In this document: in pieces, positions 49,107 through 60,241 of the stretch | Layout: each line of letters opens with the position of its first letter | Position numbering within the stretch: the first letter of the stretch is position 1 | Origin: Heterodontus francisci | Taxonomy: Eukaryota | Direction of reading: 5' to 3' | Assembly (NCBI RefSeq): GCF_036365525.1 | Contig: NW_027141682.1 | Coordinates: 744,001-808,000 of the forward strand | DNA: 64,000 nucleotides | Position numbers and translations under genes: made by a program | Notes under the pieces: generated by a model | What the model saw: only the letters and a program-made list of their open reading frames with translations | The model's database searches: none | Told to the model about the DNA's origin: nothing

Positions 49107-49188
49107 GACGAGGTGGCCGAGTGATTAAGGCGATGGATTGTTAATCCCTTGTGCTTTGCACGCGTGGGTTCGAATCCCATTCGTGTCG
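49107..49188 (+). tRNA. tRNA-Ser(GCT)-derived gene with anticodon changed to GTT; probable pseudogene
   Basis: 82 nt, co-linear with vertebrate tRNA-Ser-GCT as recalled (GACGAGGTGGCCGAGT..AAGGCGATGGA..long variable arm GTGC/GCAC..GGTTCGAATCCC); loop TT-GTT-AA; D-loop GG changed to GA and acceptor-stem mispairs. Confidence 0.85.
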
Positions 49189-49194
49189 TCTATC

Positions 49195-50398
49195 TGCTTT
49201 TGAGAAGGTCCCAAATGGTGGACTGCTTTGGAAAGGAAAAACCATGGGATCCTGAGAAATGTAGTAAGCTGGATGTAAAATTGACTCAGTGACAGGAAAC
49301 AAAGAATGATTGTAGTCCGGTGTAATGGTGACTGGAAGGCAGTTTCCAGTGGTGTCCCACATGGCTCAGTACCAGGTTCCCTTAATTTTGTGGAATATAT
49401 TCACGATTTGGATATAGATGCAGGGGGCATGATCAACAGGTTTAATGACCGCACAAACATTTGTCATGTGGTTGATGGTGAGGAGGATAGCTGCAGGCTG
49501 CAGGCAGATATCAATAGACTGGTCAGGTGGGCTGAAAAATGACAAATTAAATTCAACCCAGAGAAACTCAACGAAACTAAAATAAACTACAAATTGTGAA
49601 GTGATGCATTTGGGGAAGTGGAACAAGGCAAAGGATTACACGATTAATGGGAAATACTGAGAGGTGCAGAGGACGTGAAACACATTGCATTTAATGTCCA
49701 CTGATCCCTGAAGGTAGCAGGACAGGTCGATAAGGTGGTTAAGAGGGCATATGGAATCGTTTCCTTTATTCGTCGAGGTACAGAGTATAAGAGCAGGGAT
49801 GTTGTGCTGCAACTGTATAAATCATTTGTTCTTCCTCAACTTGAGTACTGTGTGCAGTTGTGGTCACCTCATTACAGAAAGGATGTAATTGCACTAGGCA
49901 GATTCTCGACAAGATTTACGAGGATGTTGCCAGGTTTGGGACAAATGCAGGTGTGAGGAAAGGTTGGATAGACTGTGGTTGTTTACATTGAAAAATCAAA
50001 GAATGAGAGGAGATTGGATTGAGATGTAAAAAGTTCTTCGCGTCCTGGATAGAGTGCCTAATAATGGCCTATTTACCTTAGCAGAGACCTCAGTGACTGG
50101 GGCACATAGATTTAAAGTGACTGCTTGAAAGATTAGAGGGGACAAGAAGAAAAGCTTATTTTCACCCGGAGGGTAGTCGGAGTCTGGAATGTACTGCCTG
50201 TAAAGGTGGGAGAGGCAGAAAGCCTCAAATCGTTTATCAAGGTCTATGGATATGCACCTCAAGTGCAGTAACCTGCAGGGCTGTGGGACAAATGCTGGAA
50301 GTTGGGATGAAGCGGGGTGGCTCGATTTTTGGCCGCCGCAGAAACAATGAGCCATGTAGCCTCTTTCTGTGCCATAAAATTTCTCTGATTTTTCTATG
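49195..50398 (+). mobile_element. Decayed CR1 3' part
   Basis: SSGVPHGSVPG, LEYCVQLWSPHYRKD, tail CCTCTTTCTGTGCCATAAAATTTCTCTGATTTTTCTATG. Confidence 0.85.
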
Positions 50399-50499
50399 TG
50401 GTTGCCCAGTTCAATCTGCACCTGACAGACTCTGATACTGTAGTGACTGTGGTATTCATTATTTAATTCTAAGGCTATAGTGATGGTGGGTAGAGACAA

Positions 50500-50595
50500 T
50501 GCTGAGGAAGGCTCATCGACCTGAAAGGTTCACTGTGTTTCTCCCTCCACAGATGCTGCCAGAACTGCTGAACATTCCCACGAAATTCTGTTCTC
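50500..50595 (+). mobile_element. Penelope pLTR relic with a decayed hammerhead-like core
   Basis: CTGAGGA-A-GGCTCATCGACCT-GAAAGGTT followed by TCCACAGATGCTGCCAGAACTGCTGA. Confidence 0.6.
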
Positions 50596-50620
50596 GTGAA
50601 GATTGCGTGTCATTGGAGTG

Positions 50621-50973
50621 TTTAGTTTAGTTTAGAGATACAGCACTGAAGCAGGCCCTTCGGCCCACCGAGTCTGTGCCGACCATCAACCACCCATTTA
50701 TACTAATCCTACACTAATCCCATATTCCTACCACATCCCCACCTGTCCCTATATTTCACTACCACCTACCTATACTAGGGGCAATTTATAATGGCCAATT
50801 TACCTACCAACCTGCAAGTCTTTTGGCTTGTGGGAGGAAACCGGAGCACCCGGAGAAAACCCACGCAGACACAGGGAGAACTTGCAAACTCCACACAGGC
50901 AGTACCCAGAAAACAACCTGGGTCGCTGGAGCTGTGAGGCTGCGGTGCTAACCACTGCGCCACTGTGCCACCC
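50621..50973 (-). mobile_element. HE1-type SINE
   Basis: Reverse complement of 2322-2658; (CTAAA)n tail. Confidence 0.92.
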
Positions 50974-51061
50974 ATGATATCACAATGCCTTGTGTTTTGT
51001 TACCAAATCCGATTCAATGCTTGCCACCATTCACAAGCATGCTCGCAGCTAACATGCTTTG

Positions 51062-51328
51062 GGGTGGCACAGTGGCGCAGTGGTTAGTGCCGCAACCTCA
51101 CACCTCCAGCAACCTGTGTTCACTTCTTGGTACTGACTGTGCGGAGTTTGCAAGATCTCCCTGTGAGCTTTTGGGCTTTCGCAGTGTGCTCCTGTTTTCT
51201 CGCACAGCCAAAGACTTGCAGGTTGATCAGAAAATGTGGGATTAATTTCATTGGTTGGTTGTTGGTCGGCGCACACTCGGTGGGCCGAAGGGCCTGTTTC
51301 AGTGCTGTATCTCGAAATAACTAAATAA
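51062..51328 (+). mobile_element. HE1-type SINE with internal deletion
   Basis: Head GGGTGGCACAGTGGCGCAGTGGTTAG, decayed V-domain, tail GGGCCGAAGGGCCTGTTTCAGTGCTG. Confidence 0.88.
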
Positions 51329-51902
51329 GTCTTCTGTGCAATCAGGAAGTTTACTTCTTCAAGACTTTCAGCAGCCACGTTTCCATTGAAAAACTCACCG
51401 ACTCTTTGAAGATACACAGGGGAAAGTCACCAATCTGTTGGTGAGACTGCGGCCTCCTGAAGGCATTCCCCCACACAGTGTTTACCTTGTGATCTCCGTC
51501 CCTTCCTGTCGATAAGTATTACTTACCGCCATCAAATTGGATCAGAGACAGAAAAAAAAAGAACAGCTACAGTGAAGCACATTGTTTTTCTGAAGTCATT
51601 TCTCTCTCTGTTGATTTATTCTCCTGAATTAAATGTTGATTTTCTCCCAAGAATGCTCAATGTTTTCAATTCCTTTTCAGCTCCTGTGAAACATACAACT
51701 AAGCCTCATAACACACCGCTACAATCCACCTGCCAGGGCTGTGAAATGGATCCTGGACTCAAATAAAATTGAAATCCAGCTGTCTGTTGAGAGACTGATG
51801 TTTATGACATTCGCTATTGAGTGTGTGTCAAGTTACAGAAGCTCAAATTTAGCGGTTCAGTCCTGAACTCAACAGAAGCACTACATTGTCTAATCGCGAC
51901 AG

Positions 51903-51974
51903 GCGATGGTGTATAATGATGAACATAGCTGTCATTTCAAGCAGTTGAATCGGGTTCATTTCCTGGCCATCTTA
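51903..51974 (+). pseudogene. tRNA-Gly(TCC) pseudogene
   Basis: GCGATGGTGTATAATGATGAACATAGCTGTCATTTCAAGCAGTTGAATCGGGTTCATTTCCTGGCCATC aligns with vertebrate tRNA-Gly-TCC as recalled, with broken A/B boxes and an 8-nt anticodon loop. Confidence 0.7.
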
Positions 51975-52367
51975 GCTTCACATGTATTGATCTCTGTCCT
52001 TCTGAAGCTGAAAAGTTGGAATGCAGCCTGAACATTTTGGAATGGATAACGTGTGCAAAGGAAGGAAATCCTTTTCGTGGCTTTAATTCCCACGTCACGA
52101 TAAACGTAACTCGGATTTACACCTTTTTAAAGGTATTTCTTATCTGACCTGAACTATATAGTGAAACACCGATAGAATTACATGAATTCACTAAAATTCA
52201 TTGACTCTCAGAATCTTTTTCCCGACGCTGCTTCCCGTTCCTTATTTAAGTATCCATGCCTTCCCAGAGGGATTGTTTCATCCTTCAATAAGAGCAATGC
52301 CGTGAAAATCCCAGCATTATGCTCAGTTCATGGTGTGTTTGTGTTTTCTTTATTTGAAGAGGGAGAC

Positions 52368-55300
52368 CAAAGAACAATGAACAAAGAACAGTACAGCACA
52401 GAAACAGGCCATTCTGCCCTGCACGCCTGCGCCTATCTTGATGCCTACCTAAACTAAAACTTTCTGCACTTCAGGGGACCATATCCCTCTATTCCCATCG
52501 TATTCATGTATTTGTCAAGATGCCTCTTAAACGTCGCTATTGTAACTGCTTCCACCACCTCCCCTGGCAGCAAGTTCCAGGCACTCACCACCTTTCCTCG
52601 CACATATCCTCTAAACGTTGCCTCTCTCACCTTAAACCTATGTCCCCTAGTAACTGACTCTTCCACCCTGGGAAAAAGCTTCTGACTATCCACTCTGTCC
52701 ATTCCAATCATGTAAACCTCTATCATGTTGCCCCTCCACCTCCGCCGTTCCAGTGAAAAGAATCCGATTTTATCCAACCTCTCCTCATTGCAAATGCCCT
52801 CCAGACCAGGCAACATCCTGGTAAACCTTTTATGTACCCTCTGCAAAGCCTCCACGTCCTTCTGGTAGTGTGGCGACCAGAATTGCACGCAATATTCGAA
52901 GTGTGGCCGAATTAAAGTTCTGTACAGCTGCAGCATGACTTGCCAATTTTTATACTTTATGCCCCGATTGATGAAGGCAAGCATTCCGTATGCCTTCTTG
53001 AATGCCTTACCCACCTGCGTTGCCACTTTCAGTGACCTGTGGACCTGTACGCCCCGATCTCTCTGCCTATCAATACTCCTCAGGGTTCTGCCGTTTACTG
53101 TATACTTCCCACCTGCATTAGACCTTCCAAAATGCATTACCTCACATTTGTCCAGATTAAACTCCATCTGCCATTTCTCCGCCCAAGTCTCCAACTAATC
53201 TATATCCTGCTGTATCCTCTGACAATCCTCAGCACTACCCGCAACTCCACCAACCTTTGTTTCGTCCGGAACCTTACTAATCAGACCAGCTACATTTTCC
53301 TCCAAAGCATTTATATATACTACAAACATCAAAGGTTCCAGCACTGATCCCTGCGGAACACCACTAGTCTAATCCCTCCAATCAGAAAAGCACCCTTCCA
53401 CTACTTTCCTCTGTCTTCTATGACCGAGCCAGTTCTGCATCCATTTTGCCAGCTCACTTCTGATCGCGTGTGACTTCACCTTTTGTACCAGTCTGCCATG
53501 AGGGACCTTGTCAAAGGCTTTACGGAAGTCCATTTGGATATCATTCGCTGCCCTTCTTTAATGAATCATCTTCGTCACTTCCTCAAAAAACTCAATCAAA
53601 TTAGTGAAACACGACCTCCCCTTCACAAAACCATGCTGCCTCTTGCTAATAAGTCCATTTGTTTCCAAATGGGAGTAAATCGTGTCCCGAATAATCCTCT
53701 CGAATAATTTCCCTACCACTGACGTAAGGCTCACCAGCCTATAATTTCCTGGATTACCCTTGCTCACCTTCTTAAACAAAGGAACAACATTGGCTATTCT
53801 ATAGTCCTCTGGGACCTCACCTGTAGCCAATGAGGATGCAAAGATTTCTGTCAAGGCCCCAGCAATTTCTTCCCTTGCCTCCCTCAGTATTCTGGGGTAG
53901 ATCCCATCAGACCCTGGGGACTTATCTACCTTAATGCATTGCAAGACACCTAACACCTCCTCCTTATTGATAATGAGATGACTGAGACTATCTACACTCC
54001 CTCCCCTTTGGCTCATCATCCACTAAGTCCTTCTCTTTGGTAAATACTGATGCAAAGTACTGATTTAGTACCTCGCCCATTTCCTCTGAGTCCACACTTA
54101 GATTCCCTTCTCTGTCCTTGAGAGGGCCAACTCTTTCCCTCGTTACACTGTTGCTCTTTATATACGTATAAAAAGCCTTGGGATTTTCCTTAATCCTGTT
54201 TGCCAATGACTTTTTAGGACCCCTTTTAGCCCTCCTGACTCCTTGCTTAAGTTCCTTCCTACTGTCTTTATATTCCTCAAGGGATTCGTCTGTTCCTAGC
54301 CTTTCAACCTTTATGAATGCTTCCTGTTTCTTTTTGACTAGGCTCACATTATCCCGCGTTATCCAAGGTTCCCTAAACATGCCAAACTTATCCTTTTTCC
54401 TCACAGGAACATGTTGGTCCTGGATTCTAATCAACTGACGTTTGAAAAACTGCCATATGTCAGATGATGATTTGCCCTCAAACAGCCACCCCCATTCTGA
54501 ATTCTTCAGTTCCTGCCTAATATTGTTATAATTTGCCTTCCCTCAATTTAGCACCTTCACCCGGGGACTACTCTTACCCTTATCCACAAGTACCTTGAAA
54601 CTTACGAAATTATTGTCACTGTTCCCAAAATGATCCCCAACTGAATCTTCGACCACCTGGCCGGACTCATTTCCCAATACCAGGTCCAGTACGATCCCAT
54701 CCCCAGTTGGACTATCTACATATTGTTTCAAGAAGCCCTCCTGGATGTTCCTTACAAATTCTGCCCCATCCAAGCTGCAAGCACTGAATGAGTCCCAGTC
54801 AATATCGGGGAAGTTAAAATCACCCACCACTACAACCCTGCTACCTTTACATCTTCCCAAAATCTTTCTACATATCTGCTCTTCTGCCTCCCGCTGGTTG
54901 TTGGGAGGGCTGTAGTCAACCCCCAACATCGTGACTGCACCCTTTCTTTTCCGAGCTCCACCCATATTGCCTCGCTGGACGACCCCTCCGAGGTGTCTTC
55001 ACGCAGTACAGCTGTGATATTCACCTTAACCAGTAATGCAACTCCCCCACCCATTTTACATCCCCCTCTATCCCGCCTGAAGCTTCTCAATCCTGGAACA
55101 TTTAGCTGCCAATCCTGTGCTTCCCTCAACCAATTCTCTGTAATAGCAACAACATCATAGTTCCAAGTACTAATCCAAGTTGTAAGTTTATCTGCCTTAC
55201 CTGTTATACTTCTTGCATTGAAACAAATGCACTTCAGACCACCAGTCCCGCTGCGCTCCGCAACATTTCCCTGACTGCTCTTCCTCTCAGTCTTACTGGC

Positions 55301-57050
55301 CTTATTTACCAGTTGCCCCTCATTTATTTCATTTGCTGTCCCCCTGTTCTGGTTCCCACCCCCGTGCCATGCTAGTTTAAACCCTCGCGAGTGACGCTAG
55401 CAGACCTCACAGCCAGGATATTTGTTCCCCTCCAGTTTAGATGCAACCCGTCCTTCTTGTACAGGTCCCATCTGTCCCTGAAGAGATCACAATGGTCCAG
55501 ATATCTGAAACCCTCCCTTCTGCACCAGCTGTTCAGCCTCGTGTTGAGCTGCACTATCCTCCTGTTTCTAGCCTCACTGGCACGTGGCACAGGGAGTAAT
55601 CCCGAGATTAGAACCCTAGAGGTCCTGTCTTTTAACTTTCTACCTAACTCCCTGAACTCCCCCTGCAGGACCTCGTCACTCTTCCTGCCTATGTCATTGG
55701 TACCGATGTGCACCACAACCTCTGGCTGTTCACGCTCCCCCTTCAGAATGCCCCCTGTCCCTTCAGAGACATCCTTGACCCTGGTGGCAGGGAGGCAACA
55801 TACCATCCTGGAGTCTCTTTCACGTCCACAGAAACGTCTATTTGTCCCCCTGACTATCGAGTCCCCTATGACTATCGCTCTTCTGCGCTTTTTCCCACCC
55901 CGCTGAACAACAGTTCCAGCCATGGTGCCACTACTCTGGCTGCTGCTGTTTTCCCCTGATAGGCAATCCCCCCCAACAGTATCTAAAACGGTATACTTCC
56001 TAGAGAGGGGGATAGCCAGAGGGGATTCCTGCACTGACTGCCTGCCCCTTCTAGCGGTCACCCGTCTATCTGCCTGCAACTTGGGTGTAATTACTTCTCT
56101 AAAACTCCTGTCTATGACACTTTCTGCCACCTGCATGCTCCTCAGTGCATCCAGTTGCCGCTCCACCCGATCCATGCGATCTGTGAGGAGCTGCAACTGG
56201 GTACACTTCCTGCAGACGTAGTCGTCCAGAACGCTGGAAGCGTCACTGACCTCCCACATCTCACCGTTGAAGCACTTCACCCCTCCAACTGACATCTCCA
56301 GCACTAATTAATTTAAAATAAATAAATATTTATTAAATCCTTACTAAATTGTTATAATTGACTATATGGTCCCTAGTGTGATATTCCTACTATAAATATT
56401 AAATGCTAAGTAAATACCGTAATCTCCTCCCTCTGGTTTAGTTACTCCACTTATTAGTTAGTTAATTAGGGTTTTAATCAATTTTTATCAATGTTTTATT
56501 TTCAAATTCAGTAAAAAGAAATTCCCTACCAGCGAATCAGATCACAGCTTTCCTGTGACGTCACTTCCAGTTTTTTTACCAGAGCTAAGTTTTTAATACT
56601 TACTCAGCCCTCCGAGTCTTCTCCCAATCAGCTGTGCTCTTTGGAAGCTCTCGGATCCCCTCACTCAGAGGACAGGTAGAAAATAAAGGAGCTCCTCGCT
56701 CCCTCCTTACCGAACTTCCTCAGTTACCAAACTTCGACTATAGCACTCTAATGCAACCCAAGTCCGCACTCCAGTGTAGACAAAGTCAGCACTGTAAGAT
56801 GGCCTAGTTTTATACTGACCGACTCTAGCCCCCTTAAAACTGGTTTAAGCCAGTTATCTAATTAACAAGGTGCAGCTGCAAGCAGAGCCTGAGTGAACCC
56901 TGTTTAAAGCTGGTCTAAATCTCACCTTCTCCAACCCTAACAGCAACTGCTAAGTTAATCTGCGAACTAAAAGACAGATTAGATTTAAGATAAAATTAAC
57001 ACTTAGTTATTCTCAGTTACCGAATTTCCACTGTAGCACTCCAGTGCAAA
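52368..57050 (-). mobile_element. Full-length CR1 (HER1-type) LINE; ORF2 disrupted
   Basis: 3' tail at 52368, RT ORFs 52454-54019, APE 54543-55129, intact ORF1, 5' UTR 56305 to about 57050. Confidence 0.95.
55372..56295 (-). CDS. CR1 ORF1 protein (Zn-finger-like N-terminus, coiled coil, SGNH/GDSL esterase domain)
   Basis: Open frame from the ATG at 56295; CRKC, VIGDS, HIGTNDI and KDGLHLN esterase blocks. Confidence 0.85.
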   Translation of the reverse strand: MSVGGVKCFNGEMWEVSDASSVLDDYVCRKCTQLQLLTDRMDRVERQLDALRSMQVAESVIDRSFREVITPKLQADRRVTARRGRQSVQESPLAIPLSRKYTVLDTVGGDCLSGENSSSQSSGTMAGTVVQRGGKKRRRAIVIGDSIVRGTNRRFCGRERDSRMVCCLPATRVKDVSEGTGGILKGEREQPEVVVHIGTNDIGRKSDEVLQGEFRELGRKLKDRTSRVLISGLLPVPRASEARNRRIVQLNTRLNSWCRREGFRYLDHCDLFRDRWDLYKKDGLHLNWRGTNILAVRSASVTREGLN

Positions 57051-57069
57051 AAAAAAAAAATTGCAGGCA

Positions 57070-57560
57070 TCAGAGAGACAGACAGAAAGCCAGTGAGAGA
57101 GACACAAAGGGGATCACACACAGAGAAACAGAGAAACACAATGAGAAGGCAATACATTGAGAGACCCAGGAATTGAAAGAGAGAGAGAATGAGAGAGAGA
57201 GAGTTTGAGAGACAGAGACTGAAAGAGAGAAAGCCAGTGAGAGAGAACGACACATAGAGAATCACAGAGACAGAGAGAGAAACACAAAGAAAGATAAAGA
57301 TGATTGAGAGAGAAAGAGAGAGACACTGAAAGTGACAGAGGGACTGAGAAAGAGAAGATTGCGAGACTGAGAGAGCTTGATAGAGAGAGAGAGAGAGAGA
57401 ATGAGAGAGTGATAGATTGAGACAGAAGGAGGAAGAAACACACACAGCGAGAGAAACACAGAATGAGATTGTGACAGGGAGAGAGACAGAGAGAGATTGA
57501 CAAAGAGAGATTGAGAGAAGGATTGAGTCAGAAGGAAGGAGAAAGGCAGAGAGATACAAT
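57070..57560. repeat. GA-rich low-complexity tract
   Basis: Imperfect (GA)n/(GACA)n. Confidence 0.92.
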
Positions 57561-57685
57561 AAAGATATGATACTCACCATCCCATATGCTCTGCGCTCCA
57601 TTAGCTCGCCCTTGGGGAATAGATCCAGGACAGGGGTATTGCGGTTCGAATTGGAGAAAAAGGGTCAGGACTGGGACAGTGAGCG

Positions 57686-57820
57686 NNNNNNNNNNNNNNN
57701 NNNNNNNNNNNNNNNNNNNNNNNNNNNNNNNNNNNNNNNNNNNNNNNNNNNNNNNNNNNNNNNNNNNNNNNNNNNNNNNNNNNNNNNNNNNNNNNNNNNN
57801 NNNNNNNNNNNNNNNNNNNN
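57686..57820. other. Assembly gap (135 N)
   Basis: Run of N. Confidence 1.
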
Positions 57821-59315
57821 AAGACACAGAAACTCACCTTCACACAATAGCCGCATGGAAATAAATAACGGTGGCTGACTTTGAACTAATATGTGCCATA
57901 ACCTTCCACTCAAACACCCAGTACACCCAAAGTACAGCTCATCCAACCAGCTCTCAGCTTCCTCTGTCTGGACACTGCCTCCCACGTTAGCCTCTGTGTA
58001 TAGGAAGGTGGGAGGGAGGGATATTCCAGTCATATACAAAATGGACCATTCCAGCCAGAAACCTGTCTGTCCGTCTCTCTCTCTCCCTCCCCCAAAACCT
58101 CATTAAACGTGCAGAAACGGTGCTGTTATTTTAAAACATGGAGGAACCGGTTTGGATATTGTCCATTGAACACAAATTGCATGATATGTCTTTAACTATT
58201 CACCTCCAGTTAACAAAAAGTTCAGAAAATGACTGAAAATGTCTCACTGCAGTTACCTTGAAAATCTAGCAAAGAGTTTTTGCTTGAGAGGCCTGTTTGA
58301 CTGCAATAAAAACAGGAAGTTTTAATCGGATTTGCAATTCCACTGTTTGACAAAATCTGAAACGAGAGCCAGGTTAATGATGCAGCCAAGATAACTTTTA
58401 CAACTGGTGACATTTCCCCCCACAATTCTGACCCATATTTACAGTTGTATTTGTCAATGAGTCTTTGTACTTTATTTGATGCTGCTGTATATATGTATTA
58501 CCCTGCAACCATGGGACATAAACGTTCTTAGCATTTACAATTTCAATGTTACAAGTGTTTAAAAAGCTGGAAACTGACCATTTAATCACAGATCGTATTA
58601 AAAACCTTCCACTTTTCACCTCCAGTTTATATAAAACACAGCGATAACGATTTCCACATTCTGACAAAGAGTTTTTGCTGCTGCAATAAAGTGTCACTTG
58701 TTTCCCTTTGCTTCCAAACTGTTTCTTTCCTCTGTGCTCTTTGGGAAAAAGAGGGAATTTTGTTCATCGCTTGTCTAAATTCAGGAGGTTCCAACTGCTC
58801 TGCAGCTGCTGTCCTGGTGAAATTAATTATATTAAAAATCTTTCCCCCAGTTTGGAGATATAAGGAGAGACTGTTTACACTAGCAGAAAGTAGATGCAAA
58901 AAGTCTCGGAGTTGTTATGATCGTGAATTCATTGTCTGGCTGGTATCTGAAAGCAGAATAAATACAAACTTTCTAAATACAATTGGATCAAAACTTCCAT
59001 GACTCTTAGTTATAGAACAGAAGATACCAGCATCGAAACAGAAGTGAGAGAGAGAGATGTCAATACTTTATTGATGAAGAACTCGACACAACCTATTTAG
59101 GGAGTATTTATTTGTAAATGATTGTTTGAGTTTTATTTGATGCTGTCGTTTTATTCACAAATTACATCTAACCACTCAAAATAATTTTCCAAACAGGAAA
59201 CACTTTAATGTCACAAGTGATTACATAGTAGGAAAACAGCTATTTAACACAATTTGTATTGAAATTATTTTATTCAGCAGCTCAAGCTCACATGAAGTAA
59301 ATTCCTCAAACTTGC

Positions 59316-59618
59316 TGTTAGCACCGCAGCCTCACAGCTCCAGGGACCCGGGTTCGATTCTGGGTACTGCCTGAGTGGAGTTTGTAAGTTCTCCCTGTGA
59401 CCACGTGGGTTTTCGCCGGGTGCTCCGGTTTCCTCCCACAGCCAAAGACTTACAGGTTGAAAGGTAAATTGGCCATTGTAAATGTCCCCTAGTGGTGGTA
59501 GGAATATGGGATTACTGTAGGGTTAGTATAAATGGGTGGTTGTTGGTCGGCAGGCACTCGGTGGGCCGAAGGCCCTGTTTCAGTGCTGTATCTCTAAAAT
59601 AAAAAAATAAATAAAAAA
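59316..59618 (+). mobile_element. HE1-type SINE, slightly 5'-truncated
   Basis: B box GGTTCGATTC, V-domain and tail; A-rich end. Confidence 0.92.
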
Positions 59619-59674
59619 TTGCGGAAACTTTAAAACTCTCAGTCACATAGAAATTCCCATCATCTTTGGCTCAC

Positions 59675-59930
59675 CATCTCCACATGCTGGAGTTACTGTC
59701 TCACTGCAGTTAATGTCCCCTCTCAACATCTCCATCTGCTGGTGCCCCTGTCTCACTGCAGTTACTGCCCCCTTCTCATCAACCCTCCCTGCTCGTCTCC
59801 CTGTCTCACTGCAGTTACTGTCCCCTCGCACCATCTCCATCTGCTGGTGTCCCTGTCTCACTGCAGTTTCTGCCCCCGCTCACCATCTCCATCTGCTGGT
59901 ATCCCTGTCTCACTGCAGTTTCTGCCCCTT
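59675..59930. repeat. 52-bp minisatellite (about 5 units)
   Basis: CTGTCTCACTGCAG recurs at 59696, 59748, 59801, 59853 and 59904. Confidence 0.9.
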
Positions 59931-60241
59931 TCACTATCTCACAATCACTGTGATTTTCAGCTTTTCCCATTTTACTCTGGGTCCAGGGTGTGTTTATTTG
60001 AATCCAGCTGAGCTTTGTAATGACGCCTCTTTGAGAAACAATTCATAAATCTTCTGCAGAGCAAGTCCTGGCCTCAATAGGTCAGATTATCAATAAAATA
60101 TAATGTCAGAAAGAGATGTAAAATCATTTCAGGGCTCAGTGCTGTGATTATAAAATGTACTTTCTAACCTGTGGGGAATGTAGGGAATGGAATATGAAAT
60201 GGAATTTAGTTCTAGTGTTTGAAACCCTTCAGCTCTTTCTA

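Noticed and set aside
57017-57601. Leu/Ser-rich hydrophobic ORFs
   Set aside because: Translation of the (TC)n-rich strand
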